NCBI GenBank assembly: GCA_977862235.1
Contig: OZ374557.1
Location: 2,108,001 to 2,172,000, forward strand
DNA length: 64,000 bases
Direction of reading: 5' to 3'
From: Dudresnaya verticillata
Taxonomy: Eukaryota
Position numbers and translations under genes: made by a program. Under the pieces are notes generated by a model. It searched no databases. It was not told where the DNA came from and saw only the letters and a program-made list of their open reading frames with translations. This document shows, one piece after another, positions 24,328 to 37,993 of this stretch (position 1 is its first letter; the number at the start of each line of letters is the position of its first letter).

Positions 24328-24877
24328 CGGCCCCCTCGTTAGGGCTGAGAGACCCGCGAAGCCAGCAAGGCTGTTTCTATTGTCCCCGTCTTGGGCGAGC
24401 TTGAAATCCCAGTGGGGTATTGGGCCAACGGCTCACTTGTAACCGCCGCCACTGGCGGCCGTTGTGGAACCGTTCACAGTAGTGACAAATCACTTGCTTC
24501 GCCGTCCCAGTCTCGACGGCGCCCGTCTCATAATTGCGACGAACTTTGTGCTCTTTCGCGCGGAAAGCCCCAAGCGGCTGCATACTTCACCAGCATCACA
24601 TCGGCTTCCGCTACAGTTCCCGGGACACATCCACACCTCGTTCAACCATCGTCAGCCGATCTTCCGCGCCTTGCGTCCGGCGACGCCATCTAGCTTTCGC
24701 TTCCTTCCTTTGTGGTGGGCGGTCTGCACCTTACCAATCAACCCATCGAAGAGCGGGATCCGCTGTAACGCGCCTCCTCCCGCGCCCCTCGTTCTACGGC
24801 TTGGCCGCTACTTGCGCTATTGACAAGAGTAGCCACTTTGGCTGTTTAGAAGGCCTGTGCACTCCTTGGAAGTCACG

Positions 24878-27153
24878 ATGAGTTCTAACCAGATGGCTTA
24901 TGGCGCTGCAGGTTCGAGCACCGGTGTGCTGGGCGTTGATGTTGACGAGGTCGGCGTGCCCTTCTCCATGAAGGAGAGTCGCGGTTGGCGCGTACGCACC
25001 GACTTGACGCACCTGAAAGCGAATGCGGGCGCTGACCGTTCCAACATTCGCCGTCGCGGGATGCGCAAGGCGCAGCGCCGCACGTGGCATTCGCATGCCC
25101 GTGCCCGTTTGTCCTTGTTGACGGGGTTGACCCGCCGCCTGCCCACCCTCACGGGTCCGTGTCAGTGGGATTTAGCGCATCCGCGCTTTCGCCATGAGGT
25201 GCGCTACACAGCCACCTTATGCAACAAGCTCAACTTCGAGCTGGAGGAGATCTAACAAGTTCACGATAGTGGCCAGTTCAAGCTGGGGATGGTAGCGCAT
25301 GAGCGCCCGCTGATTCGCAGCGGCAGGGACAACTTCCCTTATACCAAAGCGCGGGTCGTGCGCTGGGATGAAACTTCCAACTTCAAATACGCGTTGGACA
25401 ATCCCCAGACGGCCATGCCGTCCGACCTGGTACGCTTCGAGCGTAGGAATCGCCACCGTACGGGCTGTTTTGTGCCAGTGCACTGCCAAGAGGTCCCCCT
25501 CCATCAAGCCGGATTTCTATAGGGTCAAATACCCTCAAGTTACGGGCGACCATGCGGATCTGGAAGTCTCCTATTCCATGCCGGTGGGCACGCCAACCAT
25601 CATAGCCTATCTTGGCTTAGAGATGATGGACGGTCATGCCGACGAAAACCTCTTATGGTCTATATGTCGGCACGAGTGGGTAGTCATAGTGACTCAGGTG
25701 TTTGTCTACGAAGCCCGTCGGGGCTTGCTGTACTTCATCAGCACTCGTCTTCGTGGAGCCATTCGGGCCATAGGCGCGGCCGCCTTCTTTGCCAACTCGG
25801 CGGATACCGAGGATCTGGACCAGCTATTGGTATTCTGTGAGCGTATCCGCTGGAGCGGTAACACCAAGCGCAGTAGGAACTTGCCAGAGAACACCGGCCA
25901 CGTGACCCGGTCTACGACCGCGGGGACTGGGTCGAGTTCGATCCTGTCAAGTGGCATCCAGTCATTCCCGACTATTTGATGGCACCGATACCCGGGGAGG
26001 GTGAGACCATTGCTCTCGACGAGGGTGAGCGCCGAACGGGCTACACGAAAGGATGGGTCAGCATCCGTTGGCGAGATGAAGGGCCTAAACACCCTGATGA
26101 GGTGCCTCCTTTTGACGACACCGTCAATGGGGAGACTCAGGGGCCGTATGCCCCAGTGTTGCCCCATCATCATCGGGCTGACGCCGAGATTAGGGATCTG
26201 TTTGGTCGGAGGGGCTTGGCCATCCGTTTGGCTGCCCACTGGGGCATTTATTCCCTCAACCTTCACAGTCTTTCTGACTGGGTGGAGGACGTCTTAGCCG
26301 AATATGAGGCTCATTGGATTGGCACCCTGGTCCCATTGAGCGTCTCCTGGCTCATCTGGAGAAGTTGCCCCCATTGGGCGGCCTAAAGGAGGAGCCGGGT
26401 ATCCAGATCAAGAGAGAGCCTGGCTCTAAGGTTCGCCGCGGCATCGACTACGGGAAGCCGGGTTCTTCCGCCCAAGACTCGTCCGGAGCCATCCTGGCGC
26501 CTGGCGCTCGGGAAGCCACTGCGGTTGACGCGTCTAAGATTCCGCGCGAAGAGCCTTCGGCCGGGGTCTCTAACGAGGAGGTCACTATATCATCCAGGAC
26601 CACCGGCGGTCCGGCTGAGCCATCGGCTTCTCGAGTTGGAGTTCCTCTGCGCTCCGTGCTGCCAGGCTCCGTGCCTACGTCTAGCGGCGCGCTACCACGC
26701 GTGGCGCCATCTGGGTCGTTACAGCCGCAGCCGCCGGCTACCAGCGAGAAGGTGGGAGCTTCGTCAGGGCCAAGCCCTACAGTGGCACCGCTTGTGCCTA
26801 TGTCAAGTCAGGCTGAGCTGCCTTCGGGTGGGGCCAAGGAGGTGTCCTAGGCGCCTCAGAGTGATGAGCCGATGGCTAAGGACGACTTGATCGTCAAGAC
26901 GGAACTGGTCCTCAAGGAGGAGGAAGAGTTGGCTCCTGTGGAGGGCGATGTTACGCCGATGGATGTGGACCCGACGACAGCCAACGAGGCTCAAGGCACG
27001 GCAAACGAGGGTACCCGCCGGGGTCGTGGACCGCGTCGTGGCCAGGGTCGGCGGATCATCCGCGAGGTGCGCCGCATCGTGACGACGCGGGCGCCTTCTG
27101 CGCCTAACCCACCTCTTGGCGATGACGAGGTCATTGACCTCCTATCGGATTAG
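24878..27153 (+). pseudogene. Antisense accessory ORF of E2 (unknown family), disrupted
   Basis: Pieces 24878-25255, 25289-25522, 25368-25979, 25976-26386, 26314-26850 and 26872-27153; the core aligns with the E4 antisense protein (PVGTPTIIAYLG/PSLTPGVLAYVG, LWSICRHEWV/VWSIAKTEQV, DLDQLL..ERIRW/DLAGLL..ETFKW). Confidence 0.8.
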
Positions 27154-28156
27154 CCGAGCTATCCCCCTTGTCTTGAGGCATCGAGCCTGGTAGGGGCTAG
27201 AAGCCTACTCCAGCGGCTTAACCACTTAGCAATAAACTTCGTCTTGTATGCGTAACACACTGCTTTGGTAGGCTTCGAGCCTTCACATCCGGTGCCACTC
27301 TTCTTCCTAGTGAGACAGTGGTGCCGTTGCTTGTTCAAGCAAAGTGGGACAACCTATTATTGGTTGACCAATACGCCTCTCTAGCGTCTGTCGCTGCCTG
27401 AGAGCATGCCAGCAATGTCCACAGTCGCTATACAGTGCAGTTCGACGCACTGTAGCGCATTTTGGCGCGAAAGCCTGTATGGCTGCTAATTGGCCACACC
27501 CCTCCGCCACCTTGCTGTAGCCTTTCCGGGGGCTTTTGGTTTCTCGTTACAAGTACCATTTGGGTGCTAGCGCCATGAGCCCCTTAGGCTTACGCAGCCT
27601 CCTTGGACGCCGCCACGGTTTAACGTGTTTCTCGAATTCTCAGCGTCCATTCGCTTGCTTTTCCCAGATGAAATGGGTTCTCACGCGTCTCCCCGTAGTC
27701 GTCCCAACCCAAAGGTGGGAGTCGTGGTATCAAGACTCATGAGTCTGGGGTTAGGAACCTTTTTGCCTTACGCCCCTTACTGGGTTCGACGCTAGCGCCA
27801 TTTTGGTGGGAGGTGGTTAGCAAGCCTCCGGGCTCAATGTCTCGTCCAGTTTGCAGCGTCGGCACCGCTTTTGGAAGCCCAGCTGCTCTTAAGCGCCATC
27901 GTGCTGGTAGTTATTGTCATAATAAATTACAAGTTAGTCATCGGGACTGGGAACCACACACACAGAGGGGGAAGCGGCCTCCCTAGCTTGTGCCTTTCAG
28001 GAGTGTTTCCTTGAGGTAGCCAGGTTTTGGCAACTTTACCTTTCAAGGTATTAGCCTCACGCAGCGTCATTTGCTCCTCAGATAAAGGATCGACTCCTAA
28101 ATCCAGGGCGTGCGCTCGTCTTAGCACACCTTCTTATAGAGTTCACATCTTGATTA

Positions 28157-28305
28157 CCTCTATCCATGTCCATGCATCTATCCAGGATCCAATCCTTCTA
28201 GCATCTATCCATATTATACACCTATCCAGAGTCTTGAATCTTCTTTCATCTATCCATTTCCATGCATCTATCCAGAGTCTTGACTCTTCTGTAGCCATCT
28301 ATATT
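28157..28305. repeat. ~45-bp degenerate tandem repeat (~3.5 copies) in the E2 3' region
   Basis: Recurring CATCTATCCAT..CATGCATCTATCCAGAGTCTTGA units. Confidence 0.8.
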
Positions 28306-28568
28306 GTCTCATCTTTTGAGAGGCTAACCCCTACTTCTGTGCGCCCGGTCATGGGCGAATCCCAATCATAGCCCATAGGCTGCATTCGTATTTGCGCGAG
28401 GGCGTCGGCTTCGGAACCCAGAACCAAAGTTCTACCTCCACTCATATGAGGTGAATCTAACAACCGGGAGATCCGACTCCATACAGCCTAACTGCTGTTT
28501 TGGTTGGGCGCACCCGATCGAGACCCCTTGTAGGCCCGGTGCCTTACTCAGCGCGCGTGCTCGCCACG

Positions 28569-31500
28569 CTAATTGTCAGGGAAAGGTATCCCTTTTTGGC
28601 GGTGATACCTTACAACCAAATTGTGAGGGAGATGCCCCTTTGGCTCCCATGTGTCCTTTGAAGCCGGGCTCTGGAACCACCCCACACGATAGAGGTGTGT
28701 GTCGGGGTCGTAGGAAACGATCCTTTCGTACACGAGTTCGCGTGGTGGTGCCTTCTTGAAGCGCGACAATTTGCGGCTTGACGTCCCTTCAGCCACTGTC
28801 GGCGGAGGTGATGACGCGTCCACGCCCTCATCTCTAGGAGCATTCTCCTGTCGTTGGGGGACAACAGGCGTAGTATGGGCGCCGCTAGGTTTGGCAGCCC
28901 CACCTGTGTCAGCCAGTGTCTCGCTTTCAGCACCAGGTGCTTCGGGATGGGCCGGTTCATTACCGCCTGATGCGGTGTCCATCGGGGACCCAGTGCCGTT
29001 TGTGTTGGGCCCGTCGGTTGACCCAGTTGGGATACTTGAAGGTGCTGCACCTGTCTCCGGTAGAATTTCCACTACCGTGGGAGTCATGTCTAGTGCCAGC
29101 GGCGCTTCGTGTGGCGATGGAGCCAAAGTGACTCGGTCCAAAGAGATTGTTTCTCTGTCGCCCTTGATGTCGAGAACCACCACGTGGGTTCCTCTCTCGA
29201 GAACCGTATATGGCCCAAGGGCTTTCGGAAACAGTTTCACTTCCCTCGCCACACCTGAAGCGTCCTTCACTTTGGTTTCCCGTTCGAGGAATACCCATGA
29301 CCCAGGACGCACCCTTTGGTTAGCCGGTCGAATGCGGTTATTAAAGTTGGTTTCATAGCGCTTTTGCGCTAGTTGAATCCTCGGCAGAGCCGTATCCATG
29401 AGCTTTTCCAGCCGAGCGGTTAGGCGCTTCTTGAAGTTTGTACCGGGCATCCCGTCAATGTCTACCGTTTCCGCTTGTTCTAATAGTAGAGAAGTCGGCG
29501 GATTTGACAAAACCAAGTCAAAAGGGCTAACCCTGTAGCGCGATGCACTGTCGTATTGTAAGCGTATGTGAGCGCTGAAGTGAACTCGTCCCAGTCCATC
29601 TGCTCTTCCGCTATGAAGTGGCGAAGGCCCGCTAGTATGGTGCGGTTGAACGTCTCGGTTTGCCCATTAGTTTGGGGGTGATAGGTCGACGTGAACATAT
29701 TCCGAATCCGTAGGATATCGCACACGGCGAGGAAGAACTTAGAGGCAAATTGAGACTCATTGTCTGAAAGGACGTAACGGGGCGGTCCATAGATAAAGAC
29801 CGAATGGTCGCAAAACGCCTTCGCCACTGTATAGGAGGTTACCGTTTTCATCGGTATCGCTCGCGTCAGCTTTGAGAAGCGGTCCGTCATAACCAACAGG
29901 AACTCATTTCCTTTCCCAGAGCGGGGTAGCGGGCCCAGGACATCGATTCCTACAAACTCCAACGGCATGGTCGCCGGGAAGAGCTTCATATGCGAAGCAT
30001 GTTTCCGCAACTTCACCCGCTCTTGCGCGCATTTGACACAGTTACGCACTGTGGCGTACACATCCAATGCCATCTCTGGCCATATACCTGTCTTCGCAGG
30101 TTATGATACATCCGGGTTCCACCTGGGTGCCCCGCCATCTCGGGATAGTGGGCTAGGTGTAACGCCCTTTCCTTAAGAGAACGAGATATGAGAACATGTA
30201 TCGCCTTGTCGATATACGACTTCCGGACTAGGAGTTCTCGTTCGTCCTCGAGATAACAACCAGGCTTCCCGGCCTCGAGGTTCCTTCGGACCCAGATACA
30301 GAATTCATCTGTTTTCTGCTCACGGAGCAACTCTTCTGTGGTGATGAGGGATAGTCCCTTTTGTCCAGATTCCTTCTCGGCCACTTGGGCGATGAACATT
30401 TCGTCATCCGAATCGGACTCATCGACGGGTTCGATTTACCACGCCTCCAATGGTCGCTTGTTGGGCTCCGGTCGCGACCTTTCGCAGAGTTCGTCCCTCG
30501 GATCAGTCTGGAGGACTAGACACGGGATCTCCAGGTCCGGTTCCCATGGCGTGAAGCCATACGTAGGCAACCGAGATACGGCATCAGCAATCTTATTCTT
30601 TTTGCCTTTTCGGTACTGGACCGTGAAGTCGTATTCCAGGAGGCGTAATCTCCAACGGGCCAACCGTCCCGAAGCATCTGTCATGCTCATCATCCATTCT
30701 AGCGCTTGATGGTCTGTATACAGGTCAAAGTGGGACCTTTCTAGATAGGGTCTGAGCAATTGTGCCGCCCAGACCACTGCTAGGCACTCCTTTTCGCCTA
30801 CAGAATAATTCTTCTCTGCCTTCGTCAGTCCTCGGCTCCAGAAGCCTATCGGGTGTCGAGTCCCGTCTTCTTCGGCTTGCATCAGCGCCAACCAATTTGG
30901 TAGTCGCACGCGTCGGTATCCACCGATAGGGCCTTACCCTCTTGTGGCAACCTAAGAATAGGAGGCGCTATTAGCGCTTTCTTCAACAATCCGAACGCCT
31001 CGCGTTGACGTTCATTGAACTGCGGTAGTTCAAAGCCCACTTCCTTCTGTAGGAGGGCATTGAGCGGAGCTGCCACACGAGCGAAGTTAGGCACGAATCG
31101 CCTGTAGACGTTGCATAGACCGATGAAAGACCGTAACTGGGTCTGGGTGGTCGGCTCCTTGAAGCCTTCGATGGCTTGCGTATTCTCAGTCGCCACTGCT
31201 AATAAACCCGGACGGATGACATGTCCTAAGTAGTCGACACTCTTTGTGAAGAAGTTACACTTCTTAAGTTTCAAGGAGACCCCTGCTTCTTGTAATACAG
31301 AGAGAATCTCTCTTACGTGAGTGATATGCTCGCCAACAGTCGCAGAGAATACGATAATATCGTCGAGGTATACGAGGCACGATTTCCATCGAAATCCTGA
31401 TAACAGGATGTCAACCGTTCGTTGAAAGGTCGCCGGAGCGTTGCATAGCCCAAAGGGCATCCTGCAGAATTGCAAGCAGCCCGCGTGTCATTTAAAAGCA

Positions 31501-33051
31501 GTCTTATGCTTATCCTCCGGGGAAACCGGAATCTGCCAGTAGCCTGAGTTGCAGTCCAAGGTTGTGAAATATTGGGCCTCGCCCAGGGAGTCCAAACATT
31601 CGTCCATGCGCGGCAGAGGATACGTATCCTTCACTGTAATCGCGTTCAGCTTGCGATAGTCAACGCAGAAGCGGAGTGACCCGTCGGGCTTCGTAACTAA
31701 GACGACGGGGCTCGCAAACGCAGAGCGTGCAGGCTCTATAACGCCTTCTTTGAGCATTTTGTCGACTCATCCTGTTCTGCTTGACGAGCTTTAGGACCCG
31801 ACCGATATGATTGAGTAAACACAGGTTTCGAACCTTCTTGGAGCTCAATACGGTGTTCGGTCACCTTGATGGTGCCGCGTTGTCCCTCCCACATACCGGC
31901 GAACTGTTTAAGCATGTTGCGTACGCGGCGCCGATCCGAAGTGGACAGGTGTTCCAGCGCGAGGTCATCGACCGTAATAGCGGTTGACGCTAATGTCGCG
32001 ATTTTGATTCCAGGCTTAGAGTCTATATTAGTCTTCAGAGCAGCAGCAAGCCCCGCCCCCCCACATCGGAAAATGTTTCGGACGAGGGAAGCGTGTCACT
32101 GTCAGGAACATTATCCTCGATGGAGACAGTGTATACCGGCGTCTGCGTGGGCGCCGGTACAGCCTTTCCAAGGCTTTGGTTCTTGGAAAGCCGTTGAGGA
32201 CACGAAGAAAAGTTCGCGACTTTGACGTGAAAGAGCCGGTGCTCTTGAATGTTGACGATTCCATTCGTCAACACGACTTGTCGGCGCTCGTATAAGCGGG
32301 AAAGGGATTCCAGGAAGTGTGTTCCTTTGGCGGAACAGGTAACAGGAACCCATGACTCACTGCCGGGCAGTAAATTAGTCGTTTGTGCGACGCGAATGAG
32401 TCGCGAGGTAGGTAACGGGGGAACGTCCATTGGTTCGTCAGACCTGCCCTCGCGAGGTATACCGCATCGGCGGCGTAGAATTGGGTGAATGGACCCGTCG
32501 CGAAGAACCATGTTCTGTTGGCGGACGCGTAACCCTTCCACCTGGGTATCGATAAATGTGCAACCCAAGATGGCATCTACTGCCAATGCCCTTACGACAA
32601 CGAAAGGTTGTCGAACCGTGTAGGACCCGAGCCTGATTATTAGGGAGACTGTTCCCAGTGTAGTTAGTCGGTGACTTGACGCAGAGGTCAAGTTCACAAT
32701 TGACCGCGTTGTAGAAATCCGTTTCTTGTCTTTCGGTGATAGAACATCCGCGCGGATGAGATTAGGGCCTGCCCCGGTATCCAGTACGGAGAGCACACGA
32801 GTAAGATCGTCAACAGAAGTCCCGATGGACGCAGCTACTTTATAATTGTAGCGCAACAAGGAGCAAACGGGATCCTTACAATACTCGTGATACTTCCGTC
32901 CAGGGGATAAGCCCACGGGACGCGCTAAGATCTTCTTGGGAAGAGAAATGACAGATTCACTGACAACCGGTCGATCCGTTGATGAGAAGCTTTCGAAGCT
33001 GTAGCTCGAGGAGCTGGATTCAACGTACCGATCGGGGGGTTCCGATGTCAC
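28569..33051 (-). pseudogene. pol: pol of E2 (PR-RT-RH-IN-chromodomain), frameshifted
   Basis: VLDTGAGPNLI, FCVDYRKLN, YLDD, TDACDYQIG, EKECLAVVW, TDHQAL, HPQTNGQ, GPYTV, chromodomain YRVGW...DTWEP..HLP. Confidence 0.93.
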
Positions 33052-33089
33052 CTGGGATATGTGGTGTACCGAAACCGGTTCCCCCCTCG

Positions 33090-34667
33090 CTAGTTTTTCG
33101 CCTTCGTTGCGGGCGATAGCAGTAGCGGTGGAGGTGGTGGGAAGGGACGAGGCCCTTGGCGTGGTGACCTGGGCGGTTGCCTCGGAGCGTCGATGGGGTG
33201 GTTCAGTCGAGGTTGAAATTGAACCTGTCGATTTCCCCCTTGACTTGCACCCAAATTTTGACGGGGCTCCATCCGTTGCCCCATGGGCGGCCCGGCGGGC
33301 ACTCGCTCGCTAGCGAACTCCGGTAGTCGGCCAACGGTCGCCAACCACGCTTTTTGCTTGTGTGACAGTTGATGAAACTGTCTTCTTTTTAAAGTCTCAA
33401 AAGACTGCTCATCGGTTCGAGCCAAATGTGGACAGTTGGGCTTTTTACGGCCAATGCCGTAGCATTCGAAGCAGATATCATTGGGTTGGTCTTCAACCGT
33501 CACCCACCCAGGGCGTTCAGTCCTGGTTGGCTGTGCCCAGACTGGGAGCCTATTATTGTAGTTCTGCAGTATCGCGTCAACTTCACCGTGATACGGTTGT
33601 TCGTAGTAATACTGTGTCGACCACGAATCCGATTAGGTCGCTGTTGATGGTGGCGCTTCGTTAGCGATGGCGGCCACGACTGCGTCTTCGCTTTACGCAT
33701 CAGAGCCGCTGCTCTTTGAAGTATCCGAATCGGAGGGGGATGCATCCTTCGCCTGGCGAATTAGGAGCGCCCGCCCTGACTTGTGGGTACGAACCTTCTT
33801 TAAGGTCTTCCTTGGTAGTGTCCTATTCGCTTTTGGCGTTCGTCCGCCACCCACTAGCGCCCGATGGGAATCTCCCTGTGCAGTCGCAAGCTCGACGTAA
33901 TCCGCCAGTCTGACAGTCCTTGGGTCCAAGGACGACGTACTTAAAAGCGGCTTCACCGCTGGTAACAACCCCCGAATAAACCTGGTTATCAAGTCTTGTT
34001 CGCTGTACACCCCATCGACTCGACGCGCTTTGTTCTGCAACCTTCTCGAGAAAGTAAACTCGTCCTCATCTGGCTCCTGCGCCATCGTGTCCATCTGAGA
34101 GGCAATCCTCTCAATGTAGACATCCTTGGCATAGGTGCGGAGAAGGTAATTCACGGCTTCGGGCCATTCGGTGAAACCACCATTGTCGTCACCCGCAGCG
34201 TCAAAATTCGCTTCAAACATATCCTTCGCATCCTTCTCGAGGAACTCGGGGATGACGAGGATAGCGGTACCTTCGCTGATGTGGGCTTGATCGAGCTGCC
34301 TCTTCAGCGTGGCTAAGAAGCCAATAATTGACACTGGGTCACTCCCGTCAAAACGGCGACTCCGCATAACGGCCTTGACACGTTTGATTTTCTTCGTGGT
34401 CGCCTCGGTCACCTCGGGCCCGCGGTAATCATCCAGGTTCAATAACCTATACCTTCTATAGGACAGAACCTGTACGAAAGCGGGGTTCCTAGGAGTCAGC
34501 TCCTTAACACCGGAACGTCGGAGACCCCTCCAGGAAGACCACGACGGTCTAGAATGCGAACGGAAACCCGGTCCTTCTTCATCCGATGGACCTGGATTAG
34601 GGTGAGTCCCTGACCGAGGATTTTCTTTGTGACGATGACTCGAATATCTGTCACGATGAGAATCCAC
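33090..34667 (-). pseudogene. gag: gag of E2 (N-terminus missing)
   Basis: SYRRYRL, FDGSDPVSIIGFL and FIRGLLP motifs shared with E3/E4 gag; degenerate knuckle CFECYGIGRKKPNC. Confidence 0.85.
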
Positions 34668-34714
34668 TTGGTCGCGGTGCGCAGAAGACCCAATTGGTCT
34701 TTTGCACTGGCAGC

Positions 34715-35485
34715 TGTAGTATAGCTGTCAGCACCCTACCAGCAGCGGCTGTAAGGTATGCTGGCAGCCCTGCACTGTAATGGTGCACACGATGACGCCC
34801 GCTGGTGAGTCGTGGTTGGGCAGCGTGCCCTTTTTTTCGTTGAATTAGTAGCGGTCGACCGCATTGCTGCCGGCAGCGGCCGCGCGCCGTGCCACACACG
34901 GCGCGCCCCTGTGACGCTCTCCGGCACCGAGCCGTTGAGAGGGCCGCTGCCCGTTACGCCCCGCGCGCGCCCACGGGTAACCGTTACCCGGACGTGTCGA
35001 CACGTGTATGGGCGCACGCTCGCACACCTCCCGCGTTGGTGTTGTGGGGCGCACCTACTGTAGAAGTAGTCGTAGTGCACATAGTGTAGGGTATTTAAGG
35101 CCGTCGGCCATCGACGGCTCAGTAAACCGGGCAAGCAACAGCTCGCGCTGAAGCTTGCCCCCAGCCTTTCCGGGTTCGATGCCTTTGCCTTACGCCAGCG
35201 GGCGGTTTCTCCTTTTCCCCTTGCCTCGCTAGGATTTCCTCTTTCCTTTTCCTTTCCGTCGGCTTCGTGCCGCTCTTCGACAGGGACGCTGGGATCCGGC
35301 CGCTGCCTACCCGCGTACGGTACGCCCCGTGCGCGCTCCGGCATCGACGCCGTCGATCCGCACCTGCGGGGCGCACGCGGCCGACACCGCTCTACCAACC
35401 CCAACAGCTACCCATCGACGGGTCTGTGTGGCGGCTTCGGACCAGCAAGTATCAGACGTCGGATCGACCCGACGTCTATACTACA
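34715..35485 (+). repeat. 5' LTR of E3 (771 bp)
   Basis: TGTAGTATAG...CTATACTACA perfect 10-bp terminal inverted repeat; direct repeat of 44303-45076; TATTTAA box near 35093. Confidence 0.97.
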
Positions 35486-35486
35486 C

Positions 35487-35504
35487 TGGTCTCCCGACCT
35501 AGAA
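35487..35504 (+). other. Primer-binding site of E3 (probably tRNA-Tyr)
   Basis: TGGTCTCCCGACCTAGAA 1 nt after the LTR; identical 18-mer in E4; implies a tRNA ending ...UCGGGAG-A-CCA (G72, A73). Confidence 0.85.
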
Positions 35505-35552
35505 GTCGTCGAAACCCAAGTACTTCTTGCATCGACGGGATCGAAGTAAAGG

Positions 35553-37979
35553 ATGTCGAGTCCTCCTGACCCGGCCGCTGCCGCATCGGCCGCTACCGGA
35601 AAAGTTGAGGACGCGACGCGTCGCACCTCAGTACTGAGTACCATCGGCGTCTCAGGTACTCCTCTACACGATGTGAGGCTCGAGCGGAGGGCCGCACTGC
35701 AAAAGGCCCTCGCCGGGAGTCTGGTCTCGGTGGCCGACCTCCACCTGCTGTATGAGGAGACCATGGACTCGTTAGCCGAGGTGTACGGCCACCTTACAGC
35801 TTCGATAGCTGCGGCGAAGGCCGACGGCCAGCAAGACCTGGACACGCTTCGACGCGGTCCTTTGGCGTCCATCGAGGACGGAATAACCCGGTCACAGAGG
35901 CTCCTCGATGAGCTACGCCGCCGCGTTGAGTTGATAGAGCGCCCGCCGACGCGGCAACGCCAGCGGGCTACAGGCCCGTCGTCGGCGCACCGCTCTCCTC
36001 CGCGACCGCAGTCACCAGCGGGTGCAGTTCAAGAATTGGCCGCTGCCATACTTGCCGAGCAACGAGCTCGGCATCGCTTTCCTTCACCACCGCCATCTCC
36101 ACCGAGGAGTGCGGCGGGGTCGCACCATCCGAGTCGGGACCCCAATCCGTTCTACGGGGTCGACCCCAGGTTGCTCCAACAAGCCCTCGACGGGCAAAAC
36201 ACAAAGGGGGGACCGACCCCCCGACAGAACGAGGGCCCCGTCTCTGCCTATTGGCATTGGGGCCCACGCATGGCAGGCATCGAGTCTTTAACCACGCTGG
36301 TGCCAGAGTTCGCTAAGGCGATTGACTACCGCTCGTACCGTCTCGATGATGTCGATCAGCGGGACAATCAACAGCAGGTGTGCAGCGGCAACACTGCGAA
36401 GATTGTCAACCGCATGAAGGCCCTGATGCCCCAGCTCGACCGGTTCGACGGCAAGGAGCCGATTCGCCTGCTTGGTGTGCTTCGACAGCTACGCCAAGCA
36501 TTCAATGGCGTTGGACTATCCGAAGGCGCAACGGCGCGGGTGGTGTCCTGGTTCCTCGATGGAACCGCGTCGCAGGTGTACTCGAGTCACCAGTTCTCTG
36601 GGGTGCGCACAACGCAGCGCGGCACCCCACCCTGCTGGGCCTCGGTGGTCAATACCCTCGTCGAGAGGTTCGTCACGGACGACGTCATCGCAGACGCCCA
36701 TGACCAGCTGACCACCGCCAAGCAGAGGGACGCCGAGTCCGAGCTTGAGTTCGCTGCTCGCCTCGAAGCGTATGCGGACGCCTGCGCTGGCGTGTACTCC
36801 GATGAGAACTTGACGCATCAGTTCCTTCGAGGCCTGCTGCCCACGACAAGACCCGCAGTGGCGGAGAAGGTCAGGCAGCTGCCTATGGTCGAACAGACCA
36901 ATTTTAGTACCGTTCGTCGGATTGCCCATAGCGAGGGCACAACCTACCGCGCCCGTTCGGCAAAGGCAGCGCAGCCTACGAACACCTCGGGGCGCGGCAG
37001 GTCAGGTGGCAGCTCGGCAAGCGGCCGTACACTGCTCATCGAGGGCCCACCAAGCTATCCCAGCGGGGAAGTTGCTATCGACAGCACAATGCTGGTGGAC
37101 CCCGACGCCGACGGGTTCGAACCCGTGATGGTCGCACCCGCGCTATCGACAGCCGGGTCGGCCGAGGCCGTCGAGACCCTCGACATTACAGGACGCATCG
37201 ACGCGGTCCTACCCAAGCGCATACCACCGGTCACTCCAACGCAGGAGGCGATGGCACGCGCAGTCATCCCTGATCGACAGGGATGGTACATCTGCTGGTT
37301 CTGCCGCGAGGTCGGGCACATCATGTATTCGTGCCCGTACCTCACGAAGGAACAGCAGACGTACTGCGCGTATGCGAACTGCAACCATCGAATAGAAACG
37401 CAGCCGCATTCGCGCAATATGCTCCAACAGCTCATCGACGAGCGCGCGCCAGCGGGCGCAAGGACAAGGAGCCCCGCACGGCGCTACGACGCGCCGCGGG
37501 GTGGGGACCGACGCTTCGACGCGAGGGGTCCCCCGCAGCGCATGGGAGCACCAAGGTACCGCGGAGAGCCGCAGGGGTACCGCGGGGATCGTCGAGGCCC
37601 ACGCCGCGAGTAACGCCAAGGCGACGCACCGCGGTTCCTGCTGCGCGATAAGCGGGTCGGCTTCGACGAGCCCGCTGGCCGTCAACCTCAGGAATCGACG
37701 CCTCCGAGGGCCGACCCGCGCCGCGAACTGCTCCGAGCAGTTATGACGGTGCAGGAGCACACCGGCCTCACCGCCGACGAGTGGCTTCCGCAAGCGCTCG
37801 ACGCGCGGCACAAAGGAGAGAAAGCCAGCGGGCAGGGAAGCGATTCCCCTCTCCTTTTTGACACGCCTCCGCGATCGACGCGAGGCGCCTCAGGGGTTAC
37901 GAAACACCCAATCGGAATCGAGCACGAAAGTTCGGATTCCGAGGATAATTCTGACCGGGTCGATCCGGAAAAAGAATAA
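35553..37979 (+). CDS. gag: gag of E3 (one in-frame TAA at 37611-37613)
   Basis: DYRSYRLDD, FDGKEPI, FLRGLLP, CCHC knuckle CWFCREVGHIMYSC; 37743-37979 is the same frame. Confidence 0.88.
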
Positions 37980-37993
37980 AGGCGGCGCCGCTC

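Larger units (their letters stand above)
23638..34714 (-). mobile_element. Ty3/gypsy chromovirus-like element E2, 5' LTR and PBS missing
   Basis: Minus-strand gag, PR, RT, RH, IN and chromodomain; PPT and 3' LTR on the left; cut at 34714 by E3. Confidence 0.92.

Noticed and set aside
20211..28305. CRISPR-like arrays at the tandem repeats (20211-20399, 28157-28305)
   Set aside because: Head-to-tail degenerate units with no unique spacers, no cas genes, eukaryotic TE context
34736..35404. 222-aa ORF duplicated at 44327-44995
   Set aside because: Lies wholly inside the GC-rich LTRs; no recognisable protein features
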